A DNA stretch of 64,000 nt from Candidatus Omnitrophota bacterium. GTDB lineage: Bacteria > Omnitrophota > Gorgyraeia > Gygaellales > JAHJCI01. Under the pieces are notes generated by a model. The model ran no database searches and had not been told where the DNA came from. It saw nothing but the letters and a program-made list of their open reading frames with translations. Position numbers and translations under genes: made by a program. The DNA is taken from contig JBHPGP010000002.1 of the NCBI GenBank assembly GCA_042570305.1, forward strand, positions 4,024 through 68,023, read 5' to 3'. Position 1 is the stretch's first letter. The number at the start of each line of letters is the position of its first letter. Positions 55,045-63,182 of the stretch are shown in pieces.

Positions 55045-55821
55045 ATGCGGCTGCTGATTTTTGTTTTTTTCTTTCTCAGTTCTACTCTTAGTTGTTTTGC
55101 CTATGATATTCAACCTTATTCAGAAGAGCAGCTTGATAAAACTAAAGCTGCTCTTAATCTTGTCTTCTATGCTTTGAATTATCCGGAAGAACAGGATTCC
55201 TCCGAAGACATTGATGTCATTTTAGAGAGCCTGAAGAAAACCAAGCCATTTGACGAATTCAATAATTTTGCCATCTGGTATGCAAATCTACCCAAAGAAG
55301 AAAAAAACAGCATCTTTAAGTCGACCCCAGGGTTTCCTCCCCTTAAGGTTCGCCAGGATTTTTTAGACTACATTTCCGAACGCCTTAAGTCAAACTACAA
55401 ACTAATCATCATTGATTATTCTGGTTCTCTTTCCTGCGCTGAGTTATCCTCGATAGACAAGCTGTCTTTAATTATCTTAGGCAGGAAGAGGTACACAAGC
55501 AGCGGTAGTTTTGCCAAGGGCTTTTTACATGAATTAGGTCATTCGCTCGGCCTTAGAGAAGAATGTGTTCGTTGTAATCAACTCTGTGCTCCCGGACCGC
55601 CGAATTGCGCTACCACACAAGAAGACGCTCAAGAGTGGTGGGGCGATTTAGCCAAAAATTACTCGCGGGTAAGATTTATTAACGGCTGTTGCGGAAACAA
55701 AGATTATATCCGTCCTACCATTGCTTCGCTGATGAATAATACTGACAAGGCAGGAGATTTTGGCCCGGTAAATGAGAGATTCTTAAGAGAAGAATTAGGA
55801 TTGTCAACTCCCGATAAGTAA
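55045..55821 (+). CDS. Secreted HExxH zinc-metallopeptidase-like protein with Cys-rich C-terminal region
   Basis: Signal peptide MRLLIFVFFFLSSTLSCFA. HELGHSLGL zincin-type motif. CVRCNQLC...NGCCGN cysteine cluster. Confidence 0.45.
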   Translation: MRLLIFVFFFLSSTLSCFAYDIQPYSEEQLDKTKAALNLVFYALNYPEEQDSSEDIDVILESLKKTKPFDEFNNFAIWYANLPKEEKNSIFKSTPGFPPLKVRQDFLDYISERLKSNYKLIIIDYSGSLSCAELSSIDKLSLIILGRKRYTSSGSFAKGFLHELGHSLGLREECVRCNQLCAPGPPNCATTQEDAQEWWGDLAKNYSRVRFINGCCGNKDYIRPTIASLMNNTDKAGDFGPVNERFLREELGLSTPDK

Positions 55822-56005
55822 CCTCGCTTTTTCTATCAGTTCTTTTTGTCCCCGCCTTTTCTTTAAAACAATCAACTCCGAGAATCCCAAAAAATCCTAG
55901 TGAGATTTTGCCTTTCCTTTCGTCTATTTAAGCGAGGACATAAGTTATGGAGCATAAGCGAACATAACTTATTTGTCGGGGCTCATTGTAGAAAGGAGGG
56001 GCGAA

Positions 56006-57553
56006 ATGAAAAACTTATTAATCATAATCATGGCGGCAGGGCTATGTTTTCTGGGTGGGGTATTTTTTCCCGAAGCATACGGGGAAAATTCTCAGGAGAT
56101 GTTTTGGGATAACATCGGCAAGGAGATAGTTGAAGTAAATACTGTTTGGGTGGATAGCCAGAATCCTAAAGTAATTATAATAGGGGCTAATCGGGGAGTA
56201 TTTAAGACCAAAGATGGAGGCGATTCCTGGCAGGTAGTATTAATCGGCACTAACAAAAGGGTAAATTTTTTATACGCGGACAGACAGAACAACAATTTAA
56301 TCTACGTCGGCACAAGCAGCGGATTGTTTCTCAGCCGCAATCAGTGTAAAACCTGGAAGCGAATCTATCAGAATAACTCTGAAGAGGAAGTTAACTGTTT
56401 AGGTATAATAGAACCGGAAAAGAGAATAGTTTATTTAGGCACACAGGCAGGTTTAATAATCAGCCAAGACAATGGCAGGACCTGGAGCAGATTCAGCGGA
56501 AGTTTGGGCAAGTTGCCTATCCTGGCAATTACAGAAGACAGAATAGGCAGATTTATTTATCTGGTTACTTCTGCTGGGGCCTATCAAATTGACCAGCTGG
56601 GAGGAGCAAAGAGGATTTTTGCCACTCCGTTTGCTGATTCGCAGGATAATGATTCTTACTCGAATACAGGCCAAGACACAGAGTCAGAGGAAACCGATTC
56701 CGATGACGGAGGATTATCCAGGATAAATTATATTAGCATTGATCCAGTTAATCCCCAAAATGTATATTTAGCCACTGACCAGGGTGTGTTTATGAGCAGT
56801 AATAAGGGTATTTCTTGGAGCAAACTTTCGTGTTCCGGATTGCTGAAGAAAGAGGTAGACTTTATTGCTATTACAGCAAATTCGCTTGTATTGGCAGGGA
56901 CCAGGTCAGGCATATTTGCTTATAATCAGGAAGTATGGCAGGAGGTGTCTTTAAGATTAACTATGCGGGATATTCGCTTTCTTGCGCTTGATAATTCGGG
57001 CACAATCTATGCTGCGGGGGATAAGGGCCTGTTTAAAGGCAGGCAGTTACTTAAGAGCAATGCTTGTTTTCCAAAGGAGGCTGACCAAGAGCCTCCGATT
57101 CAGAGAATCCAGCAGGCGGCGATAGAATACGCTCAGGTAATTGCTCCTCGGCAGATTGCCGCTCACCGAAGATTAGCCCGCCTTAAGGCAATATTGCCAG
57201 ACCTAAGCTTAGATTACGATAAGAGTATTACTTCGTATAATAATTCTACTTGCACGAGGTTTTCTGTTGGCCCGCTGGATTGGGGAGTTTCCCTTAAATG
57301 GAGTCTGGGCGATTTAATCTGGAGCGAGCAGCAGAGGCTGATCGATTCCCAGGTCAGGTTGATGGTTAAGCTGCGGCAGGATATTCTGGATGAAGTAACG
57401 CGTTTGTACTTCCAACGTCAGAGGCTCAAGGCAGAGCTCAATTCTGCGGAATTAGCATTTAACAAAAGGCAGGAAAAGGAGTTGAGGTTCAAGGAGCTTA
57501 CTGCCTTGCTTGATGGCCTTACAGGGGGATTGTTTTCAGAAGGGATTAAATAG
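56006..57553 (+). CDS. BNR/Asp-box repeat beta-propeller protein (secreted) with C-terminal coiled coil
   Basis: Signal peptide. Repeated SxDxGxTW-type Asp boxes (TKDGGDSWQ, SQDNGRTWS, SNKGISWSK, RNQCKTWKR). Confidence 0.6.
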   Translation: MKNLLIIIMAAGLCFLGGVFFPEAYGENSQEMFWDNIGKEIVEVNTVWVDSQNPKVIIIGANRGVFKTKDGGDSWQVVLIGTNKRVNFLYADRQNNNLIYVGTSSGLFLSRNQCKTWKRIYQNNSEEEVNCLGIIEPEKRIVYLGTQAGLIISQDNGRTWSRFSGSLGKLPILAITEDRIGRFIYLVTSAGAYQIDQLGGAKRIFATPFADSQDNDSYSNTGQDTESEETDSDDGGLSRINYISIDPVNPQNVYLATDQGVFMSSNKGISWSKLSCSGLLKKEVDFIAITANSLVLAGTRSGIFAYNQEVWQEVSLRLTMRDIRFLALDNSGTIYAAGDKGLFKGRQLLKSNACFPKEADQEPPIQRIQQAAIEYAQVIAPRQIAAHRRLARLKAILPDLSLDYDKSITSYNNSTCTRFSVGPLDWGVSLKWSLGDLIWSEQQRLIDSQVRLMVKLRQDILDEVTRLYFQRQRLKAELNSAELAFNKRQEKELRFKELTALLDGLTGGLFSEGIK

Positions 57554-57670
57554 AAATCGGTATTTGTTCTCTTATGGCGAACAGCGACGGATTATTTTTT
57601 CTGTTGCAGAGAGGAAAAGATGTCCATTAATTTAAACCCTCTTCTTCTCCGGGGGTTTAGAAAAATAGAC

Positions 57671-57699
57671 TTGACAGAATAAATATTTGTTTTTATACT
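57671..57699 (+). promoter_or_regulatory. Sigma70-type promoter (TTGACA-17-TATACT)
   Basis: ttgaca gaataaatatttgtttt tatact, upstream of the wHTH gene. Confidence 0.55.
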
Positions 57700-57726
57700 A
57701 AAAAAGAAAAGAAAGAGAGGTGAGAG

Positions 57727-57936
57727 TTGATAACCAAAATTGGAATTGTTGCGGGAGAGATTTGGCATTTCCTTGACCAGCGTAACCAAGTGTCCCTGTC
57801 TGAATTACTGAAGAACATAGAGCAACCCCGGGATATGATTCTGATGAGCCTGGGTTGGCTGGCTCGCGAAGGCCACGTGGTTCTGCGTGTCCTTGAAGAT
57901 GACCATATAATATCGCTAAGAAGAGGGAACCGTTAA
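57727..57936 (+). CDS. Winged helix-turn-helix protein (DUF2582-like)
   Basis: IGIVAGEIWHFLDQRNQVSLSELLKNI......LGWLAREGHVVL matches the DUF2582 wHTH pattern (AG.VW..L...G..S..EL......AIGWLAREGKI). TTG start with RBS agagaggtgagag. Confidence 0.5.
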   Translation: MITKIGIVAGEIWHFLDQRNQVSLSELLKNIEQPRDMILMSLGWLAREGHVVLRVLEDDHIISLRRGNR

Positions 57937-57939
57937 GAT

Positions 57940-58317
57940 ATGAATTCCAGGGGCATAACTTTGGTTATACTAATATCGTTTATTATGGCTGTGGTAGTAA
58001 TTGCCAATATTGCTTTAGTTCTCATGTCCAACCAAGGTCGGTTTGGCCATCTTCAGGTCAGCCGTATCCAGGCTCATTATGCAGCTCTGGCAGGTATAAA
58101 TTACGCGCTGGAGAGGTTAAGGGTGAATGATGCTAACTGGCCCATACCGGATTCCAGTTCTCCGTACTCTCACGATCTCTGCAGGGGGTGTATTTCTCCT
58201 GATATTAATGAGCCTGATCTTCCCGATTCAATTGTTGATGTTACAATTTCGGTTTCTGATTCTGATGACGACGGCATTGTGGAAATCAGCGCCACGGCTG
58301 ACTACACCTATAATTAA
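57940..58317 (+). CDS. Pseudopilin-like protein (GspK/PilX-like N-terminal hydrophobic segment, lacks E5)
   Basis: MNSRGITLVILISFIMAVVVIANIALVL resembles minor pseudopilin N-termini. Upstream of the pil cluster. Confidence 0.35.
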   Translation: MNSRGITLVILISFIMAVVVIANIALVLMSNQGRFGHLQVSRIQAHYAALAGINYALERLRVNDANWPIPDSSSPYSHDLCRGCISPDINEPDLPDSIVDVTISVSDSDDDGIVEISATADYTYN

Positions 58318-58478
58318 ATCCAACCCGCGTTTCCTTCCAAATAGCCCAAATTACAAACAGTTATAAAATTTTATCATCTGAGTAAAAATAAGTAATTGTA
58401 AGTAAATCTGCTTGATTAAGCATATCGACGAGATTCTCGCCTTTCTTTAAGCTATAGCAATCCGTATGTAAAAAATGC

Positions 58479-58516
58479 TTGACAAATCTAAAAAAGATGT
58501 TTTACTGGTATATAAT
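58479..58516 (+). promoter_or_regulatory. Promoter with extended -10 (TGgTATATAAT) and an upstream TTGACA
   Basis: TTGACA at 58479. The TATAAT at 58511 lies 26 nt downstream of the TTGACA, which is too far for a -35, so the extended -10 probably drives the promoter. Confidence 0.4.
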
Positions 58517-58554
58517 ATGAAATAAGGTAATCCAAGTAAATCTAAGTAAATACA

Positions 58555-58740
58555 ATGTCATTGAACAGGTTAATGGATGTTGATGAACTGGCCGATTATT
58601 TAAGGCTCAAGCGCCAGACTATCTATAACTGGCTTAACCAGAATAAGATCTCCGGCATAAAGATTGGCGGGGTCTGGCGGTTTAACAAGCGGGATATCGA
58701 CAAGTGGTTAAAAAGCAAGCAGAGAAAAAACACAGGTTAA
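58555..58740 (+). CDS. HTH DNA-binding protein (excisionase/MerR-like HTH_17 family), copy 1
   Basis: MDVDELADYLRLKRQTIYNWLNQNKISGIKIGGVWRFNKRDIDKWL, a typical helix-turn-helix_17 pattern. 61 aa. Confidence 0.55.
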   Translation: MSLNRLMDVDELADYLRLKRQTIYNWLNQNKISGIKIGGVWRFNKRDIDKWLKSKQRKNTG

Positions 58741-58889
58741 TGGATGTTGATGAACTGGCCGATTATTTAAGGCTCAAGCGCCAGACTATCTATAACTGGC
58801 TTAACCAGAATAAGATCTCCGGCATAAAGATTGGCGGGGTCTGGCGGTTTAACAAGCGGGATATCGACAAGTGGTTAAAAAGCAAGCAG
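58565..58889 (+). repeat. Perfect tandem duplication (2 x ~158 bp, period 167 bp) covering the HTH gene
   Basis: 58565-58722 is identical to 58732-58889 as read by eye. The 9-bp junction agaaaaaac separates the copies. Confidence 0.8.
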
Positions 58890-58895
58890 CGTTAG
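58740..58895 (+). CDS. HTH DNA-binding protein, copy 2 (identical core, different C-terminal 2 aa)
   Basis: The ATG overlaps the copy-1 stop (TAATG). Encodes MDVDELADY...KSKQR. The track ORF at 58704 is the same frame read from an upstream in-frame ATG (58704) that lies inside copy 1. Confidence 0.5.
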   Translation: MDVDELADYLRLKRQTIYNWLNQNKISGIKIGGVWRFNKRDIDKWLKSKQR

Positions 58896-58904
58896 GAGAA
58901 ACGG

Positions 58905-60425
58905 ATGTCTGAATTTGGCATATATTTTGGTACCGAAGTCATCAGTATAGCAGAATTCAAAGGAAGGAAAGAGGCTGCGCGCTTTTTCTCCGTGCCAAAG
59001 ACAGGGCTCCTCAAGTCTACGCCGGAAGAGAAAGAGGCCAAAGGATCAAAATTGGCATCTATCTTAAAAGAGGCGTTTGCGAAAAACAGCATTGCCCCAA
59101 ATAATGTCAATATTGCACTTTCCGGAGAAAACCTGATTATACGCACCTTTGATTTGCCGGTCTTCTTATCCAGGCAGGAGTTGGAATATCCTGCCATTGC
59201 CTTTGAAGCCAAGAAATACATCCCCTTTAAAATAGAAGAGATTGTATTTGATTTCCGTCTTCTTCCTGACAAAAAAAATAAGAAAATCCTGGTATTGTTC
59301 GCCGGCATAAAAAACGAAACCCTGCGCAGGTACTTTGCCCTTTTTGAAGAACTGGGGATTAAGATAAGGTTGATCGAATACTCCGGCTTTAGCATCTTAC
59401 GGCTTTTAGACTTGAGCAGATTTAAATATAAGGGCGTCCTCGGATTGCTCAGTCTGGACTTTCAGGAAGAGACGAACTTCATAGTTTGCCAGGACGGCTT
59501 CCCGCTGTTTACACGCGATATAACCTTAACCTCAAAATCTCAAGGAGAGGATAAGGCAGACCTGATAAAAGGATTAAAAAGCGAAATCCGAATTTCCCTG
59601 GATTACTTCCGGCGTAAATTCCCCACCAAGTCCCTGCAGAATCTAGTTATTCTCAGTCCGCCAGAATTTCACGCAGAGATAGGCACACTGACCAAAGATT
59701 TAGGTTTATCGGCAGCGCCTTTAGAAATATCCAAGTTTTTAGGCAATCAGATAAAGTTTAGCAGTGCGTTGTTGAGGTCCTACTCCACAGCCGTAAGCCG
59801 TACTCAGAAACTCCGTTTTCCAATTAACCTCCTGAAACCGGCAATGAAAAAAGAGGAAGTCAAAGGGTTATCGATTCAGGCAATCCCGGCATTAATGAAA
59901 ATGATAAAGATAAACCCGAAAGTAGCGCTAATTGCGTTTTTGATTATAGCTGTCACGGCGGGATGGGGATTCAGCAGGATACTGCCCTTGGAAAACACCT
60001 TAAAGATTGCCAGGTCTAACCAGCCGGTAATACAAGGAATTTCCGCAGGGGGTAATTTGAAGTTTCTTGAGCAAACCGAGGCTGAATATACCGGCAAGAT
60101 GAAGGTTATGAAAGAGATACTGGGCAGCAGGTTTTATTTGACCGAAGCCTTCGATATTATTCCTTATCTTATGCCGCAAGGCGCCTGGTTGGATGCAATC
60201 TCTTTTAAGGCCCAGGAGAATGCTCTCGAATTAAAGCTTGAGGGAGTGGTTTTTCTCCGAAATTCAAATAAAGAATTTGAAGCGGTTAATGATTTTATCC
60301 TGGCATTAAAGAAAGATTCCAAGTTTAGCCGGAATTTCAGAGAAATAAATGTGTTTTCCATGGAGAGGGTCGCGTTTAAAAAATTAGATTCAGAAGTTAC
60401 TAAATTTAAGCTCTTATGTCGTTAA
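58905..60425 (+). CDS. pilM: Type IV pilus assembly PilM-like ATPase-fold protein fused to a PilN-like TM/periplasmic domain
   Basis: N-terminal actin-like/PilM region (~340 aa). TM VALIAFLIIAVTAGWGF, then a ~150-aa PilN-like periplasmic domain. Sits upstream of pilO/pilP/secretin. Confidence 0.5.
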   Translation: MSEFGIYFGTEVISIAEFKGRKEAARFFSVPKTGLLKSTPEEKEAKGSKLASILKEAFAKNSIAPNNVNIALSGENLIIRTFDLPVFLSRQELEYPAIAFEAKKYIPFKIEEIVFDFRLLPDKKNKKILVLFAGIKNETLRRYFALFEELGIKIRLIEYSGFSILRLLDLSRFKYKGVLGLLSLDFQEETNFIVCQDGFPLFTRDITLTSKSQGEDKADLIKGLKSEIRISLDYFRRKFPTKSLQNLVILSPPEFHAEIGTLTKDLGLSAAPLEISKFLGNQIKFSSALLRSYSTAVSRTQKLRFPINLLKPAMKKEEVKGLSIQAIPALMKMIKINPKVALIAFLIIAVTAGWGFSRILPLENTLKIARSNQPVIQGISAGGNLKFLEQTEAEYTGKMKVMKEILGSRFYLTEAFDIIPYLMPQGAWLDAISFKAQENALELKLEGVVFLRNSNKEFEAVNDFILALKKDSKFSRNFREINVFSMERVAFKKLDSEVTKFKLLCR

Positions 60426-60970
60426 CAGAATTAATCAAAGCAAAGAAGGTCGGCCCCAACCAGATTGTGAGCCTTGCGCTCTTGGCCTTGGCTTGTCTGA
60501 TCGCGATAAATATCTATCAGAAGCAGAGTAAGAAAATTACCCAGGTTGAACAGCTTTATCAAGAGCAGAATAAGAAGAACGCGGTATTGCTGCGCATCGG
60601 AGACATAATGGCAGGCATCAAGGTTTATCAGGAGCGTTTACAATCCCAAGACATAAGGCAGATTATTAATAAGATTACGGATATAGCACGTTCCAGCAAA
60701 ATAGATATTACTGCCATAAAGCCTCAAGCGCAGACCAGCCAAAGTAAAAGCAAAATATACGATAAGACCTTTTTTGAAGTTTCCTTAAGCGCCGATGGGT
60801 ATCATGAATTAGGCGAGTTTATCAGCAGGTTGGAAAATGATCCGATTGTATTCGTAGTCGAATCCCTCACCTTAAACAGGGGGACAGATCTCAATCAAAT
60901 TCAATCGGATACAACGGAAGTGAAGTTAAAGGCGAGATTAATTATCAGCCAGCTGTTTTTTATTGATTGA
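60416..60970 (+). CDS. PilO-like pilus assembly protein
   Basis: N-terminal TM, coiled coil, C-terminal ferredoxin-like region. Position between pilM/N and pilP. Confidence 0.4.
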   Translation: MSLTELIKAKKVGPNQIVSLALLALACLIAINIYQKQSKKITQVEQLYQEQNKKNAVLLRIGDIMAGIKVYQERLQSQDIRQIINKITDIARSSKIDITAIKPQAQTSQSKSKIYDKTFFEVSLSADGYHELGEFISRLENDPIVFVVESLTLNRGTDLNQIQSDTTEVKLKARLIISQLFFID

Positions 60971-61527
60971 TGGTTAGAGAGATGAAATACCAGGTTATTG
61001 CTGAATTTCGGCCCGCTATCATCGCATTATCGTGTTTGTCGATACTGCTGGGATTTTCTTTAGCCGGATTTTCGCAGAGCGATGACGGCCTAGTGCCGCA
61101 ACCTCCCGGAAAGCAAAAAGTAAATGCAAGAGGAAAGCCCATAGAGGAAAATAGCGTCGACTACACCGCCTCCGGACTCAGGGACCCCTTTTACTCTCCA
61201 CTCTTTGCTCCTGTGGAGAAAGCAAAGCCTGCGCCTATGTCTATGTCGGAAGGAATGCCAGTAGAAGTAGTAATTCCCCGCAAGATCTCAGAAATGTTTT
61301 CATTTTCAATCCAGGGGATAATCTGGAATTCTAATAATCCAATCGTGATTATCAATAATCAGGTATTAAGAAAAGGAGATACCCTGATAGTGACTACAGG
61401 CAAGGGTGCAACCGAGGAAGTTACCGTTGAAGATATTGTTAAAGACGGTGTGACCATAGGTTATGCCGGGCTGAGCGAAAAATTCGCTCTCTCCGGTATT
61501 GCCCGGATTTCGGGTATTAGAAAATAA
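60967..61527 (+). CDS. PilP-like lipoprotein/periplasmic protein
   Basis: Signal sequence. C-terminal beta-rich domain IQGIIWNSNNPIVIINNQVLRKGDTL typical of PilP/GspC-type secretin-binding domains. Confidence 0.4.
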   Translation: MMVREMKYQVIAEFRPAIIALSCLSILLGFSLAGFSQSDDGLVPQPPGKQKVNARGKPIEENSVDYTASGLRDPFYSPLFAPVEKAKPAPMSMSEGMPVEVVIPRKISEMFSFSIQGIIWNSNNPIVIINNQVLRKGDTLIVTTGKGATEEVTVEDIVKDGVTIGYAGLSEKFALSGIARISGIRK

Positions 61528-61596
61528 AGAATAAGCAAAGACGATGTTTTCATCAGGATAAAAACATACAGGCCTGAATATCCAAAGGAGGAAGAA

Positions 61597-63177
61597 ATGA
61601 AAAATTTTAAAATCCGCATCGCAATCATGAAATTTAATTTTTTAGTTCTGCTTTTTGCTCTTGGGTTTTTTATTTCTTGCGCCTATGCCCAAGAAAGCCA
61701 GGAAGGTGCTCAGGGGCCTTCTGGTTCTCCCCAGTTGATTTCAATGGATTTTAAGGATGCCGGCCTTAAAGACGTGCTTAAGGCGCTTTCCATTCAGTCA
61801 GGGGTAAACTTCATTGCCTCCCAGGAAATTGAGGACCGCACGGTGACCCTATACCTTGACGGGGTTTCTGCAAAGGAAGCCATGGATAAATTATTTAAGG
61901 CCAGTAAGTTAGAATATGAGTATTATGAAGAGGACAAAATCGCCCTTATAAAAAAGGCAGAGCCCATAGTCGAAACAATGACTAAAGTTTTTCCGCTTAA
62001 ATACGCGCATGTTTCCAGTTCATCCATAGAGAAAGACCTGGGAGAGGGGGATCTGGAGGAGCTTACGAAAAAGATCAGCTCAGGGCAAGGCTCAGGAGAG
62101 CAGCTGGCGGGAATAAGCACAGTAGTGCAGGAATTGCTTTCAGCGCAGGGTAAACTAAACGAAGACCCGCGCACCAACAGCCTGATTATTACCGACCTGC
62201 CTAACCGCTTTCCGATAATTGAGAAAACCATAAAAGAATTGGATATTGCCGTGCCCCAGGTTATGTTAGAAGTCGAAATACTGGATGTGAGTAAGGACAT
62301 AGTTGATAAGCTCGGATTTAATTTTGAAAGCGACGGTTTCGGTGAGAATCCCCTTACCGTGATACTGCCCGGAGACTTCGTGCAAAAGGATGCCAGGTTC
62401 TTTATGGGGAACAAGAGCCTGTATGGAGTAAAAAAACTGGCGACGGCAGGAAGCGGTTCGATGATTTTCGGGAATACTTTCGCAGGGGTTTTGGACTTGC
62501 TGCGTACTCAGAAAGATACGAGATATTTAGCCCGCCCGCGCATACTCACCTTGAGCAACGAGATAGCAGAGATCAATATTACTTCCAATATAGTGATGCA
62601 GGTTAAAAAGGAATATCAATACGATGATTCTGGTAACGTTACGGAGGTGACCTGGACTCCTGAGAGAAGCGATGCGGTAGGCAGGAGAAAAGACCCGGGA
62701 ATAACGCTTAAGGTTATACCGGTGATAAACAGCGATAATATGGTGACCATGCGAATAGAGCCGGCGATAAGGACTATTACCTCTTCGACAATAGTGGCAG
62801 ATCTGGAGTCGGAGGTCGGCAGGTATTACGACCTGGATGAACGAACTACCAAAACTACGGTCAAGGTTAGCGACGGAGAGACCGTGATTGTGGGTGGGCT
62901 CATCCATAAAGACAGAAGCGTAGAATTAAACAAAGTGCCCATTTTGGGAGATATTCCGATTATCGGCGCTTTATTCAGGCATAAGAACAAGGACAAAGAT
63001 ATCGAACGGGAATTGCTCGTATTTATTACTCCGCGCATAGTGGAGAATGACTCTGCCAGATGGGCAGGGGATAACGGTATGGATTTATTTTCGGATGCGC
63101 AAGCTTTTGCCCCGGAGGAGGCTCGCTTGTCTGCGATAGAGGATGCTCTCGACAGCTTCAGGGACGAACGCTATTAA
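61597..63177 (+). CDS. pilQ: Secretin (PilQ/GspD family outer-membrane channel)
   Basis: Signal peptide, N-domains, and the conserved C-terminal secretin block VPILGDIPIIGALFRHKNKDKDIERELLVFITPRIV. Confidence 0.8.
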   Translation: MKNFKIRIAIMKFNFLVLLFALGFFISCAYAQESQEGAQGPSGSPQLISMDFKDAGLKDVLKALSIQSGVNFIASQEIEDRTVTLYLDGVSAKEAMDKLFKASKLEYEYYEEDKIALIKKAEPIVETMTKVFPLKYAHVSSSSIEKDLGEGDLEELTKKISSGQGSGEQLAGISTVVQELLSAQGKLNEDPRTNSLIITDLPNRFPIIEKTIKELDIAVPQVMLEVEILDVSKDIVDKLGFNFESDGFGENPLTVILPGDFVQKDARFFMGNKSLYGVKKLATAGSGSMIFGNTFAGVLDLLRTQKDTRYLARPRILTLSNEIAEINITSNIVMQVKKEYQYDDSGNVTEVTWTPERSDAVGRRKDPGITLKVIPVINSDNMVTMRIEPAIRTITSSTIVADLESEVGRYYDLDERTTKTTVKVSDGETVIVGGLIHKDRSVELNKVPILGDIPIIGALFRHKNKDKDIERELLVFITPRIVENDSARWAGDNGMDLFSDAQAFAPEEARLSAIEDALDSFRDERY

Positions 63178-63182
63178 TTCTT

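Noticed and set aside
55900-56112. ORF 55900..56112 (+)
   Set aside because: It overlaps the better-supported start (ATG 56006 with GGAGGGG RBS and signal peptide) of the BNR protein in another frame.
58565-58889. CRISPR-like array
   Set aside because: Only two copies of a 158-bp unit that encodes a protein. No short repeat/spacer periodicity. It is a tandem gene duplication.
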